A stretch of DNA of 64,000 nt, from assembly GCA_051362555.1 (NCBI GenBank), contig CM120645.1, forward strand, positions 20,956,001 through 21,020,000, given 5' to 3'. Position 1 is the stretch's first letter, and every line of letters starts with the position of its first letter. The translations under genes were made by a program, and so were the position numbers. The notes beneath the pieces are model-generated. The model saw only the letters and a program-made list of their open reading frames with translations. It was not told where the DNA came from and ran no database searches. The DNA is from Lingula anatina (lineage: Eukaryota; Animalia; Brachiopoda). Positions 1 to 12,895 of the stretch are shown here, piece by piece.

Positions 1-1149
1 ACAAAAATACAGCATTAGGCTACTATAGATCCAAGAAAAAATGCCCTATTGATATCAGGATTTTTTCTGTCATCATGATTTTTTCTCAAAATTAATTCTT
101 TCTTGCTTATCTACTTCAGCTGTACACACGAAAAGATTTTTTCTAAACTTTAAATGAGATGTAGCTCAGAACAGTGTCTGATGAAGACACATTTACACAT
201 TAAGCATTCAAACTATCAAAGCGTCTTAAAATACACATATGTTCAGGTGGCCCATTTGTGTACAGTAAGTGGCATTGAAGTGAATATTTGCAAATGGGCA
301 CCAAAAAGTGACATCTTATATTACCGACTTCATATTGCCTACGTGTATATTGGCAGCGTGCTTTTCTGGACTTTCAGAGTTCACCACGTTCAACTTTCTA
401 AAACCCAGTTAAGTAACAACACAAACCGTAAGTTTTTGATAATTTGGAAATACAAGGGCAGTGTAACCATGTAATTTGAACTCGTGAAAACACGAGAATC
501 TTGTAAAGAACATCTTTGGTGCAAATAATATCTAAACTTTAAACGATGAAGAGTGTATTTAAGCAAATCCACTAACTTTCGAATCAAAACAAAGAAACAA
601 AACTGAGAAAAACTTATAAAGAATCAATCTTACTCAATCGCAACGCGGGAGAAGTATCTCATTTAGTCTGACAAAAGACATGCATTCCACTTTACCGAAT
701 TATGCATATTACATCTAACCATTTTTATACGCCCGTAGAAGAAACTCCACTCACAAGACATAGGCTACTTGTTTCATCCTGGGATACATCGTAATTCAAC
801 GCCGGAAGAAATGTTCTTATCTTCGCCTTCACCACACCTATCCTGCGTCCTCTTCTTACAGGGTCCAGGTGTCAAGTGACCAGTCGAGAAGACAGTTCGC
901 ACTGAGCCACTCGGCTTATTATTATGCAAATAACAACAGGTATGGCGCGTTATGATTGAAGTGTTTTGGAATCTCATTGGTTAAGACTGCTAAGGTTCGT
1001 TCACCTGTCTGTTGTCATGCTTATACAATGTTTTGGCTCATTCTAGGTGTGGAGATATATACAGAACAAGTAGCTGTCGCCATTACCTTATTTGCATATA
1101 GACTTTTTGGACTATAAAATTTCTATTCATATCGATAGAGGTACTACGC

Positions 1150-1158
1150 ACACACAGA

Positions 1159-1246
<88 letters not shown>
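1150..1246. repeat. (CA)n/(GA)n compound microsatellite
   Basis: Directly visible dinucleotide runs. Confidence 0.95.
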
Positions 1247-1249
<3 letters not shown>

Positions 1250-1787
1250 ATATACCAGCACTTTTAGGTATGATTTATACAATTTAGGAAAGCCCACATC
1301 TTTTGTCTCTAACATCGTTTGGAATTATGCATAAAAGAAGAAATAGAAATATAAAGCCACAAAAAAATGCTATTTAAACATATTTACTGAGACAAAAATA
1401 TGGTGTGGATTCAAGATGTTCAGGAGATGAGGGAAATTGTTTTAAATTTCCCTATTCCAATCAATACACACGTAGCTATTAAAATTATTGATGATAGATT
1501 AGCATCTTGTTCATTGTGAGAGCTGTGACATAAATATATGTGTCGCTTTAATAGTCCATCCAAGCTTAGATTTATTGCAAAGTGAATATCAAATATATTT
1601 AATGTTTTCATTCCACTGATATATTTCTTCATTTCAATGGTTATGTTCCATTCCATCAAATTATATGAAGTTAAAATATTTGTATGTAACTCATACACTA
1701 ACAATCTTTGTAACGTGATTTTTCACCTCTAGCATGAGACGAAAACTGTCATTCTAATCTATAATTCAAAAGTTAAATTTAGAAAAA

Positions 1788-2055
1788 AAATCTTCCTTCA
1801 TAGTCATTGCGCCATAGCGCTCATAGCATTAATGATTCTTTAAATCTTTAAATAAATCTTCCTTCATACTCATAGCTTAATTGCACTCATAGAATTTAAT
1901 GATTCTTTAAATCTTTAAATGAATCTTCCTTTATAGTCATTGCGTCATTGCACTCATAGATCTTAATGATTCTTTAAATCTTTAAAAAATCTTCCTTCAT
2001 ATTCATTACGCCGTTGCGCTCATGGCATTTTAGTGATTCTTTAAATCTTTAAATG
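1788..2055. repeat. About 68-bp tandem repeat (about 4 diverged copies) in the 3' UTR region of the secreted-protein gene
   Basis: Recurring aatcttccttcatagtcattgc...atgattctttaaatctttaaa. Confidence 0.85.
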
Positions 2056-2092
2056 CTTAAAAGAATACTCATTATTCTTTGTACCATTCTTT

Positions 2093-5000
2093 CTACTGCT
2101 TACAACAAAAGACCAAAGAAACCATAGCCAACACGAACAACACGAACAACTGCTTTGCTCCACCGCCGACGCATGTCGCTGAGGTCGCATGTCTGGTGGA
2201 GCCGTTCTTTGTTGTCTGGGGGCCCTTGCCTTCGACAGTAGAGTAGCCAGGGTCGGCCTTGACGCAGATGTCTTCAATGTGCTTGGGAAGAAAATCCGAA
2301 GCTATCTGGACGAATAGTTCCCCTGCCTCCATGCTGCAGGAGGTTTGTAAGATTTGCCGTCCACATGAGAATAGATCCTTGATGATGCTTCAAATAACAA
2401 CAATAATAATAATAATAATAATAATGTTGATGACAGGTAATAAATGTTATAACGGTGATACTTATGATACTATAGTTATAATAAACACGGGCCTGTAGCC
2501 AGCAGTTTTAGAGGGGGATCTTTATATGAAAGATGAGCCCTTTTGTCGAAATAGCATAGAAAAGAGGTTAAAATTTAAGCTGACTTAGAACATGTATTTC
2601 CTAACAGCATAAACCCTCTTATCATATGCCTGAATAATTTCAGATAATTGATACCCATGACCTGAATTTTTTCACAATCTGATCAAGGTTTATACATAAA
2701 GAAAGGGACACGAAAATATAAATACATTATCATTACATATATGACATATTTCTTACCAAGAATCCATTATTACTACCATGAACTCTTGATCTTGTTTATA
2801 TAATTTCACAATTTTTATGTTTTTTTTTCAAACTTCCAAAAGGAAGCAATTTACTGGATCCAGAAAATTTATACTGTTTAAAATAAAGCCCTTTCTTTCT
2901 CACTTACCCACAAAATTGATCTTTCTGGAAGTTCTTCGAGACGGCGGCCTCGTTAATTTGTTTCTGTAGAGCAGTTCTTCCTTTGGCCAGACAGTCCATT
3001 GTCTCACTTTGATGCTGGAAAAGGCACTCAGCATTCTCCACATAGGCTACAAACAATACATTGAAATAAATAAGTGCATCAATAAATATATTGATTAAGA
3101 AATAATCAAATATATAAATGGATAAATTAATAAGTAAACAGGTTAAATAAAAATAAATAAATAAATGGATTTAAGGGAGGTAAGCATGAGGGTCACATCA
3201 TTGATGCTTGACTAGACTTGACTAGGGAAGTGACTTGACAATTCAAAAAAGTTCTAGAAAATTTTAATTTTAAAAAGTATTAAATTCATGGGAGTACTCT
3301 GACTGAGCTAACTAGACAGCAATCAAGGGCGTCCTACATGTGCTGATACCAGAGTTTAGGGCTGATCATCTTTTCTGAAAACTGCATCAAATACGGTGCT
3401 TAACGAACAAATTCATGATTACTCTGTATGGGGAGACGGGGAGTATAAAATAATGATCGATGGCATTTTTTTCGGTAACATATAGTGCTAAGCTTGGACA
3501 TAATAACTCGTTATTACAATGTATGTCCAAGTGCTAAGGGATGGATAATATAATTACTTGTTTTTTTTCTTGCTTCGCTTGTTTCACTGCTATCTTGGAT
3601 ATAGTAATGTTATTATGCCCAAGCTGCTATTGATGAAACTGAGATGGGGGGTGGGGTGGTGGCAAATGACCGCTGTGCCCTTCCCCCTGAAATGCCACTG
3701 CTTACACCCCATTTCCATAGAATAGATCGCCCTACTTTGGATCGACCTAACTCCCTGGGGGTTCGCGCTGAATAGCTGTCAGCCGGGCGGACACGAAAGT
3801 TAATTGCCCCTTACGGCTTGTAGTGGGCGGGGACGGACACTTAAGGGGGATTATCTGAAGGTAGTCTGGTGAGACTACCCGCGGTGATAGATCGATCTAA
3901 AGTTGTGGGAATAGACCCTTACTCACCGTCAAACATGGCCTTATTCCCGCACACTTTAATGATCCCATCTCTTAGCACATTGTTCGTGTACATTTCTATC
4001 TCCAGTTTCATTGCGTACGAAATGTTGCGACAGGCTGCCATCTTTTTTTCTTTACACTTCACTGCTTCGTCATAGAAACTAGAAAATATCAGCAGATATG
4101 TAAGATACAGTACATTACAGTACATTTGTAATCACATCAGATGTACATGTATTTATCATCGTCATTTTCTATGCCAATTTATCTTTTCTGAATTTCTTTT
4201 TTTTATTTTAATAAAAAATATCTTATTTTATTTTTTATTTTAATAATTAGGCACAGTGATTTCTCAGCCCAGTAGCAAATTAAAGCATCATTATTTTGTT
4301 AAATCCTCTTCACTAACTCAATCTGCCCCTTTCCGCAAGTCATCTTTATAAACTCAAAGAGAGGGGGAAACAAGGAATAGATATTGAATGTATCCAGCTT
4401 GAAATCAACGTCACTTCGCACAGTTTCTCTTTATATGTATTAATTCAAGGTGCAATTTTACAAAAAAAAAATCCTGTTTTTTTTTCTTTTTGTAAAATTG
4501 CTTAAATTTTAATTAAAAAAATTTATTGTTTACTAAACATAGAAAACATCTACAACAGAAGTCACAGACACCCCAATTTTCTTGCATAGTAGACGTGCAT
4601 CGTAAGAGCTGCTTCTTCGTTTAGAGCCCAGTGACACGAAATCCAAAGAATCACCACTCCCAATTAATGCTAAATGCTTCAACAACAAGGATCCACCCGA
4701 AATATTCCCCCGCAAAGAGGATCCGCACTTACCCACATAGCATTCTCAGTCTCCGTATCTCGTCAGTGGCTGGTAGCAGTTTCTTTTCTTGCATCATTAG
4801 TTTTGAAGCTTCAAGCACTGGTATGAAGCACACCATGATGTCTTCTGTCTCCATACACGACCTCTCTCTGGCCATACAGCATGGATTGACTGAAAAAGTT
4901 ATCATTTGATGATCATAAGAGAAATTTAGTTTTCTAGAAATACCCGGCACCACAATCTAAACAACTAGAACCGGTATATGTATCAATTGAAGGAGAGATA

Positions 5001-5484
5001 TTGTTTGACTAATATTTGGGGGATGGGAAATCTCTGCAAACTCGTTATGAGACAAATTGCAACACCAATGGGTCGGGGCTGAATTTAAATAAAATTCATG
5101 GAGTACAAAAGAAAAAAAGTCCATGCCTTTAAATCAATATTCTCAAGTTTTTATACGTTTTCATTCTTCAAGTTATCACAGATTAGGTTATGTGAAGAAA
5201 AAAAGTGCACGCGTTTATAGCTAGCCTTTGGATTCCCATACAAAGGACAGAAAATGAGAGAAAATGACAAAACTACATCAAAATTGACTCGTAGTGATTA
5301 CTGTCATGTCATTTGTAATATGTAATAAATATTTGACATTAAGTAGAACAAAGACTTTGTAAATGTAATTGAATCTGCAATGAGTGCTGTAAGAAATTTA
5401 TCATCATTATAATAATAATAAAAAAAAACACTTACCAAATATCACCAAAATCAAAGGGACAATACAAGCAATACGGAATATCAT
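2093..5484 (-). CDS. Cys-rich secreted, probably GPI- or membrane-anchored protein (263 aa; DUF19 / 27-kDa hemolymph-protein-like helical Cys pattern)
   Basis: Exons (minus) 5484-5436, 4889-4733, 4078-3927, 3046-2908, 2387-2093; all GT-AG, phases compatible, total 792 nt. N-terminal signal peptide MIFRIACIVPLILVIFVNPCCMA; spaced Cys (LCG..AVKC..AAC..VCG..AECL..MDC..FCG..FSC..TSC..DIC); hydrophobic C-terminus LFVLFVLAMVSLVF. The family name is inferred from the Cys spacing only. Confidence 0.85.
3720..3915. mobile_element. Short MITE-like element with imperfect inverted ends in an intron
   Basis: ctactttggatcgaccta ... tagatcgatctaaagttg inverted pair around a GC-richer core. Confidence 0.45.
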
Positions 5485-6919
5485 AGTGATGGACGTTTCT
5501 AGTCACTCCAAAACGACCAAGAAACTGGTGAAGCAACGCACCTGGCACTGAGCAGCACAAACTGGATTTAAGACAACTTGCATGTAATTATCGCCTTACC
5601 TTTTTGGTGAGACCTGTACATTTACACTTTCAATCATTAACAGTTTGCATGTAGCTAATTAACACACGTAGAAACTGCAAGTCTTCAAAATGGTTGAATA
5701 AGTTTAATTCAGTGGAAAGGGATCCAAAAAATATGTTTTCATTTTAATACTTATCATTCATCAGCTTTTACATTTTCCATCTATTTTATCTCAGCTGCTT
5801 ATGATAAGTGTTTAAATCAACAATTATTTTTTGTAAAATATAAATGGTTAAAGTCATGAATAATCAACAGATATACACCCAATGCATGTTTTCAAAGATG
5901 TCAGCGTGTTATTGTGATGTTATACAAGTTGATATTATTTTAACCAAATTTAAAAGAAAATGATTAAAAAAAAAACACCAGACTAAGATATGGGTCCCGT
6001 GGCAATCTTCCTTCTACAATTTAAGTGTGAATTACTAATAACTATGAAAACAGGAACTCACAAACAATATTACAATTGCCATTCACCGAATCTGTATTAT
6101 TGTTTACTTTCAACCTTAAATTATTTAAGTCAACCATAAAACAATCTAAAATAAAATTGAATAGTGTAAATGGTATGGCAACTCCTGAGAACATCTTCAT
6201 GCAGTTATAATATAATGCCAGTGTTCCAAAGCCCCAATACATATTAAATACAGACTTGCTTCAATCTTAAACGGAAAGGAAGTATTATCAAGTGGTGCAC
6301 CTGTTCAGCTAAGCTGTTAATTTTATTTTGCAGCATCACAATTTCACTACCACATATCAATAATAATTGTATGTATTTTTCTAACATATGTAATATTTGT
6401 CATTTTCCTCTAAACTTCGCTAAACATTATTAAAATGTTACCACACACATTTATGATAATTGTATGCATATTTGTAGCAAGTAAATTTTGCCATTTGCAA
6501 CGGGGATGGGAGGGGTCTTAAGAATATAAAATTTGGGCCACAATTTCCTCAGTAATTATGAAGGAGTACCAGTTGATAAGGCCATTGATGGCACAGAAAT
6601 GGGAAAACTCTTAGTTTTTTCTACTTTTGCATGTTATATGTATTTATATAAAATTCGAGTCTCAATTCTCTCAGCAAAAATAAAAGAGTGCCAGTAAATA
6701 AGGATAACAATGGCACAGGAATGGAAAAAAAAACTTGTTTTTTTTTCGTTTTACTAGTGTTATATACAAGAACATATACATATTATATACATAACGTACC
6801 CCTTCGTCAACATTAAGAGGTGTTGGGTTCCTAAATCTACGACGGGATTCATTTACGCCAGATAGTTACTTCTCTAATTTGACTCAGTAAAGTATAGGTA
6901 ACGGCTCGAGTTATTCCTG

Positions 6920-7069
6920 GGGCCCCGTTAACTCGAAAGCATCGCATATTGCGAACGGCGATATCACATAGAGGCTACGGTGTATTACATGGGGCGAGTA
7001 TGGAAGAGTGATGGAATCGCGACGCTTGCGCTCGGTCGCAATGCGCGATGCTTTCGAGTTACGGGGCCC
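6920..7069. mobile_element. Palindromic MITE (about 150 bp)
   Basis: gggccccgttaactcgaaagcatcgca..ttgcga versus tcgcaatgcgcgatgctttcgagttacggggccc, about 35-bp inverted arms. Confidence 0.75.
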
Positions 7070-7331
7070 GGGAGAGCAAAGTAACGCAGCACCACAGCTT
7101 TGTATCCAAAAACCAAAATTCAACTCATTACCTGGACATTGGCTTGTTTAATGGAAGAAATTGGAGTGACAGAAATAGTGACGAGATAGTAAAAGTTTAA
7201 GTGAGAGGCGAAATGGAGGAGGATAATTTCTACTAATGATTGAACGAGCATACATGCGAGTCCATTTAAATTCATTTGCAAGTCTCGCGATTTTTTTTTT
7301 CTATCTGTACACGACCACTTTTTTTTTTTTA

Positions 7332-7368
<37 letters not shown>

Positions 7369-8269
7369 AAGAAAATTATAGAATATTTTTTATTCAACTA
7401 TTATGTACAATTTTGAACATTTACAGTTGATTTAAAAAGGACTAATGATCAGTAATGAACTACGTAAACGCAATGAATTAATACATACATGTAGTAGTAT
7501 TATCAAAAGTTATAAGATTTTCCATTTATGTCTTCATCTAACTTCAGAACGCACACAGTCCGATAATGCAGGTCTTGTTGTCGGAAACTGGTACCAGATG
7601 CTCTCGGGCCGTGGGGAAAAACCCGTCTAAACCCTTCGTGGGGAATGCCGGGAAAGTGCCCATGCCCGGATAATTCAGTCTTTATAACATGATGAAATCA
7701 GTTTCTATCGCTGCGTACAGTTCAAGAAATTTAGACAGCATTGTGAGACGGAATAACCTTTGTATTGACTAACTATTCTCTATAGATACTATACACAAGG
7801 TGAAGCATAAAAACTTATTAAAGTAATTCTTACAGAAAGAGATACTGAAGCCAATAAAAAACTAACAAGAGACTTATAACAATTAAACAGAATCAGTTTA
7901 ACTTTATCTTGGAGAAATAAAACCATAAATAAAGTTAAACATTTTACAACTGCAAGCATCCTTCAAAACTTGATTATAGTTCTTTTTATGATAAAATGCA
8001 AACAGATCTAAGTAATATGATTATAACTCGGGCATATCAATGACTTCAACTAAACTTTGGTATATAATTGGCTTAAAATACCAGGTTTCTAAAATGTAAT
8101 TTTGCGCTGAAATCGCAACTACCTGCATGATACAAGTACAGAATAAAGCAAGCTTGCTTCAAAATATTTCAGATCTCACATTACACTGTATGACCGCCCA
8201 TGCAAATTTCAATCTGAATTTTTTTTGATCCGGAGAAAAGGTGCATACCTGATGAAGTGGATATATTTG

Positions 8270-8821
8270 TCAAGTATAACACTTGAGAAAATCTGAATGT
8301 TAGTAATGTGATCTCTATCTTGAGAGATGACAGCATCTCTCAAGAAGAGCAGACTGTACAAAAAATATAATGAAATATTTTCTCACACGTAAAATATTTC
8401 ATTACAGATTTTGCACAATCTATCAATGTAAAATCTCTTCATGTAAAAGCGTTTACATGAAGTCAGATTTTACAAAGATGTGAGGGTTTGTTAGTAAGGT
8501 TAGTGTGCAGGTTAAGACCTCCTCAAATGCCATACTGACAAACAACTCCACATCATCAAAAGCACAAATTTGAAAAATAACCATCTCAGATTGAAACAAA
8601 ACACAGACGACCACAATTGGTGGGAATTTTTTTGTGAGCAAAAAACTATCTGCATTCAGAATGTAGATAAAGCAACTCTATATTCAATTTTAATCATCAA
8701 TATAATAATTATAGCAACTGTAGAGGTAGACTTTTCATACAGAAGCACATATCTTATTCAGTTGATCTTGTATGGAATGAAGAATCATCTTGAACCTCAG
8801 TTTTCTCTTCAGCTATTGAAG
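8270..8821. other. Chain of adjacent inverted repeats (stem-loops)
   Basis: 12-bp stem 8318-8345, 14-bp stem 8368-8404, 21-bp bulged stem 8427-8474, about 22-bp imperfect stem 8477-8554, 10-bp stem 8647-8669, 9-bp stem 8733-8777. Confidence 0.75.
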
Positions 8822-9815
8822 TAAAATGGTTTCACTGCATAAGGCACACTATTCTGACCCCAAATATTCTCAGCATTCAAAAGACTGATACATAATTAGA
8901 CTGTATTCCCACTACATTCAATACTGTATATTGCTCTCCATTACCATTCCACATTCTTTAAATTTGTTTGCAGAACAAGCCGTGTCCTTCAAAACCAAGG
9001 CTCCTAAGATGTCCGAGCATCGATGGAAGTGTCCACAGGGCTCCTTGCTAACGCTGTGCAGTGTTTAACATCTTGGACATCTGGTCTTGGGTCGACGTTA
9101 TCTGACATCATGCAGGCGTAATTATTGGAAAACTCCCAATTCGTAGCCTACAAATGGAATCCAACGTTTACTCAAAAGTATGAAAAGCTATATCGAAAGC
9201 TTGCAGTAACTGCAACGAAGAGCGTATATCACTGGTATTTACACACCGTTAACATTAATGAAAAGCTTGGTTCTTAAAATGATCAGAGCGTTATTTCCAA
9301 ATGTACAGTGAAATATGCTTCCTTTATTGAAAGATATATATTAAATTTTTAGAGTAAGTAGACAGCAGTCTTCATAAAATAAATTACTTCAAACATTTGA
9401 CAAAAAAGAAAAAAGATGTTGCTATATTAAATATTCTAATGTTAGCCTACATGTTAAATTGTTGGCTGTCTGTGCTACTTCTAATTCTACTGTTTGTTTA
9501 CATAAGATATAGTTTTTGATCACTGTCAATAATAAGAAACGCCATAATACACCAATAATAATACTTAAAAAATTCAGAACCACTTTTCTTAAGTTGTTGA
9601 TCCCCAATAACTTACAAAGTTATCTGTGAAAAGATTCCTGGATCCTAAAGAAGCGTTTCATCTGGAAGTTTGGTGGTTGCAATCGTCGTTTTTAGAATCC
9701 ACCACTTTTGGTAGCCTGCAAATTTAAATTATTACTTCAAAATGTAATAAAAGTCAACCATTTGTATATGAAATGTGTTTTTTAAGTTTCAGCAGTTTGA
9801 TGGGAAATAAATATC

Positions 9816-10895
9816 AAAAGCACTTTTGTCAGAAACTTTGAAAAAACATTCACGCCAAATATTTTGACATGCCCCTGGCGACCTTCAGACTTAATGTGAC
9901 AATGGGGTATTGCAAAAATAGATTTAACGAAGGAAAAGAAACACTAACAGCATTTAAACCACTCTACTCAAAGATAGGTATAAGTATAAAGCCTGAACAA
10001 TCTAGATCCAGCGGGAGGAGTGTACTAGTATTCCATCAAGTATTTAATTTGTGAAGGATTTATATAGGAGAGACAAAGATATAGTTGAACGTTAGAGTTA
10101 AAGAACACGGGAAGGAATAAGAAAGGGTCCCCGAAGAGGGAAAAATACACTACAGCCCAAGGTGGACTTCTGCTACAACGAACCATCACAAAAAAACTGA
10201 TTGGGAGAATGCCAAGATTTTACAAAAAGAAAGTGACTGGAGAACAAGAGGCGTAAAGGGAGGCATATAGACCAGGAAAATGCCTAACAATCTGAACAAT
10301 ACAGAAGGATGGAAATAGACACTCACTTGTACGGTGGCCTTTTATTACCACAACCACAGCACTGGAGGTGGGGGTGGTAGCTGCTAGTATACAATTTCTG
10401 GACCAGTGACAACGCCCCCGAGTCACATTGTTGGTGGTGGGTGTTGGGGGCGGTAGCTCCAAGTAATCTGGACCAGTGACCACGCCCCGGAGTCACATTG
10501 GTGGTGGTGGGTGTTGGGGGCGGTAGCTCCAAGTAATCTGGACCAGTGACCACGCCCCGGAGTCACGTTGGTGGTAGTGGGTGTTGGGGGCGGTAGCTCC
10601 AAGTAATCTGGACCAGTGACCACGCCCCGGAGTCACGTTGGTGGTAGTGGGTGTTGGGGGCGGTAGCTCCAAGTAATCTGGACCAGTGACCACGCCCCGG
10701 AGTCACATTGGTGGTGGTGGGTGGTGGGGGCGGTAGCTCCAAGCTAAGATCTTAGCTCCAAGTAATCTGGACCAGTGACAACGTCCTGCAGCATATTGAG
10801 ACTGTTGAGGATCTGAAAGTTGACGAATGGCATGTCAAAATATTTTGTATGAGTGATAAGGTTTTACCACATCTGTGACAAATTAAGAGCTTTTT
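9816..10895 (+). mobile_element. Decayed Penelope-like retroelement fragment (GIY-YIG endonuclease remnant with inverted terminal copy)
   Basis: Frameshifted plus-strand translation gives YIGETK..LNVRVKEH and DWENAKILQKESDWRTRGVK (about 10060-10260), typical of GIY-YIG domains of PLEs. 9816-9890 is an inverted copy of 10811-10895. Confidence 0.65.
10360..10790. repeat. 70-bp G-rich minisatellite (about 5.5 copies)
   Basis: Unit ctggaccagtgaccacgccccggagtcacattggtggtggtgggtgttgggggcggtagctccaagtaat; track ORF starts recur every 70 bp. Confidence 0.95.
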
Positions 10896-12231
10896 ACCTG
10901 TGAAATATGAGCACTGAATTTGCTAGAGTAAATTGTAAATAGACAACGAATGTCTGCACTGAGTGACAGTTCCGAGACATTCTTTACTTAAAACAATTTT
11001 GTCTAAGACCTTGCACAAAATGCTCAGTTTGTTGGATTTGCACTGATAAAAGATTTGTATTATCTAAACAATGAATGACAATCTAGTTCATTTACCCTTA
11101 TCCTGCCCAAAAACTTACCTTGAATGCTCTCTATTCACAACTAGGAAAGGGCACTTGAAACACCATATGATATAGCTGACATGGCTTTCTCCATTTTAAC
11201 CTTGTTAACCTTGTTAAAATGGACCGTCATCAGGACAGGCGCTCGCCAATGCTATCTGCCTCAACTACAAAATAAAAATTTATAAGTCATAAATTTCCCT
11301 CTTTACTTCTCCCACCCAAATCCAATCTACTAACCATAAATATATTAATCCTAGGGGTGGGTCATGGGTAAAAGACATTGCCTTCTGAATGTGAGCTGTC
11401 AAATTAATGTGGTTAACGGTTTTTTATTTTTTCAAGGTATGAAAAATCACTTAAGTGTTTTGTTTCCCCCAAAAAACATGAGTAATATGTACCTTTTAAG
11501 GCTTGATAGGTTTCCATCTCTGTGAAACGCCATATGCGTCTGATGCTCCCCCATGCAGCCCCCTGACATACAGACCATGGCAGGATTCAACCATGCTCCA
11601 AGGATTGAATGTGCCCCTCTTCTTGCACCTCTTTCAAAAAAGCGGGACTATCAGAAATTGCCCTAATTGAGTTCTGTAAATAGAAAGGAAAATTTGATTA
11701 GTTTTCAAAAATTGTATATCAAAAGCAGTCTGCAGCCAGAAAAAATTGTTGTAATCGGTAGATTTCCAGAATGTGTCAATTTGGTGACATGGCTGTTAGA
11801 TTATTAAAGAGCTTTTGATTTATTTTTAATGTAACTGTTACATCATGATTCGAGAAAAATGTCAAGGTCTTGTTAATACAAATATTAATGCAATCCAGTC
11901 TAGTCCTATTGAACTTAGTATTCGAACCAGTGAATCGAGATTCAGACATCTATATCTAGTTTTTAGGAAAGAAGGTGGACTGAATGGCCAGTAAGGTGAA
12001 AAGTTTATGGCACAGACTGCTGCTGAAAAATTAATTTTAGTGTATTGTTCTCGCCAGTAACACGGGTTACCTTGCAGGTTTTTCCGCCTCAGTGAAACAC
12101 CATATGCTTCAGACGCTTCTCCAATGCAGCATCCTCAACAGACCGTGGCAGGACTCCCTGGCACTAAGGATTGAGGGATGTATCGGAAGTGTGCACGTGG
12201 CCCTCTTCTCCTTGCAGTTGCCATGAAACGT

Positions 12232-12895
12232 TGGACAGGACTCGCTGGACGCTCCCTAGTGCAGCCACCTCGTAGACGGACCATGTCAGGACTCGCTGGA
12301 CGCTTCCCCAGTGCAGCCACCTCGTAGACGGACCATTGCAGGACTCGCTGGACGCTCCCCAGTGCAGCAACCTCGCAGATAGACCATGGCAGGACTCGCT
12401 GGACGCTTCCCCAGTGCAGCCACCTCGTAGACGGACCATGGCAGGACTCGCTGGACGCTTCTCCAGTGCAGCCACCTCGTAGACGGACCATGGCAGGACT
12501 CGCTGGACGTTTCCCCAGTGCAGCCACCTCGTAGACGGACCATGTCAGGACTCGCTGGACGCTTCCCCAGTGCAGCCACCTCGTAGACGGACCATGGCAG
12601 GACTCGCTGGACGCTTCCCCAGTGCAGCCACCTCGTAGACGGACCATGGCAGGACTCGCTGGACGCTTCCCCAGTGCAGCCACCTCGTAGACGGACCATT
12701 GCAGGACTCGCTGGATGCTCCCCAGTGCAGCCACCTCGTAGACAGTCCATGGCAGGACTCACTGGACGCTTCCTAGTGCAGCCACCTCGCAGATAGACCA
12801 TGGCAGGACTCGCTGGACGCTTCCCCAGTGCAGCCACCTCGTAGACGGACCATGGCAGGACTCGCTGGACGCTTCCCCAGTGCAGCCACCTCGTA
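12232..12895. repeat. 52-bp GC-rich minisatellite (about 12.5 copies)
   Basis: Unit catggcaggactcgctggacgcttccccagtgcagccacctcgtagacggac; catg recurs at 12541 and 12593. Confidence 0.95.

Noticed and set aside
8463-8558. C/D-box snoRNA on the minus strand (TGATGA ... CTGA)
   Set aside because: No terminal stem and no recognisable guide; the interior is one long hairpin.
10220-10693. Overlapping ORFs starting MVTGPDYLELPPP
   Set aside because: Products of the 70-bp repeat cycling through frames; they start at GTG and show no domain.
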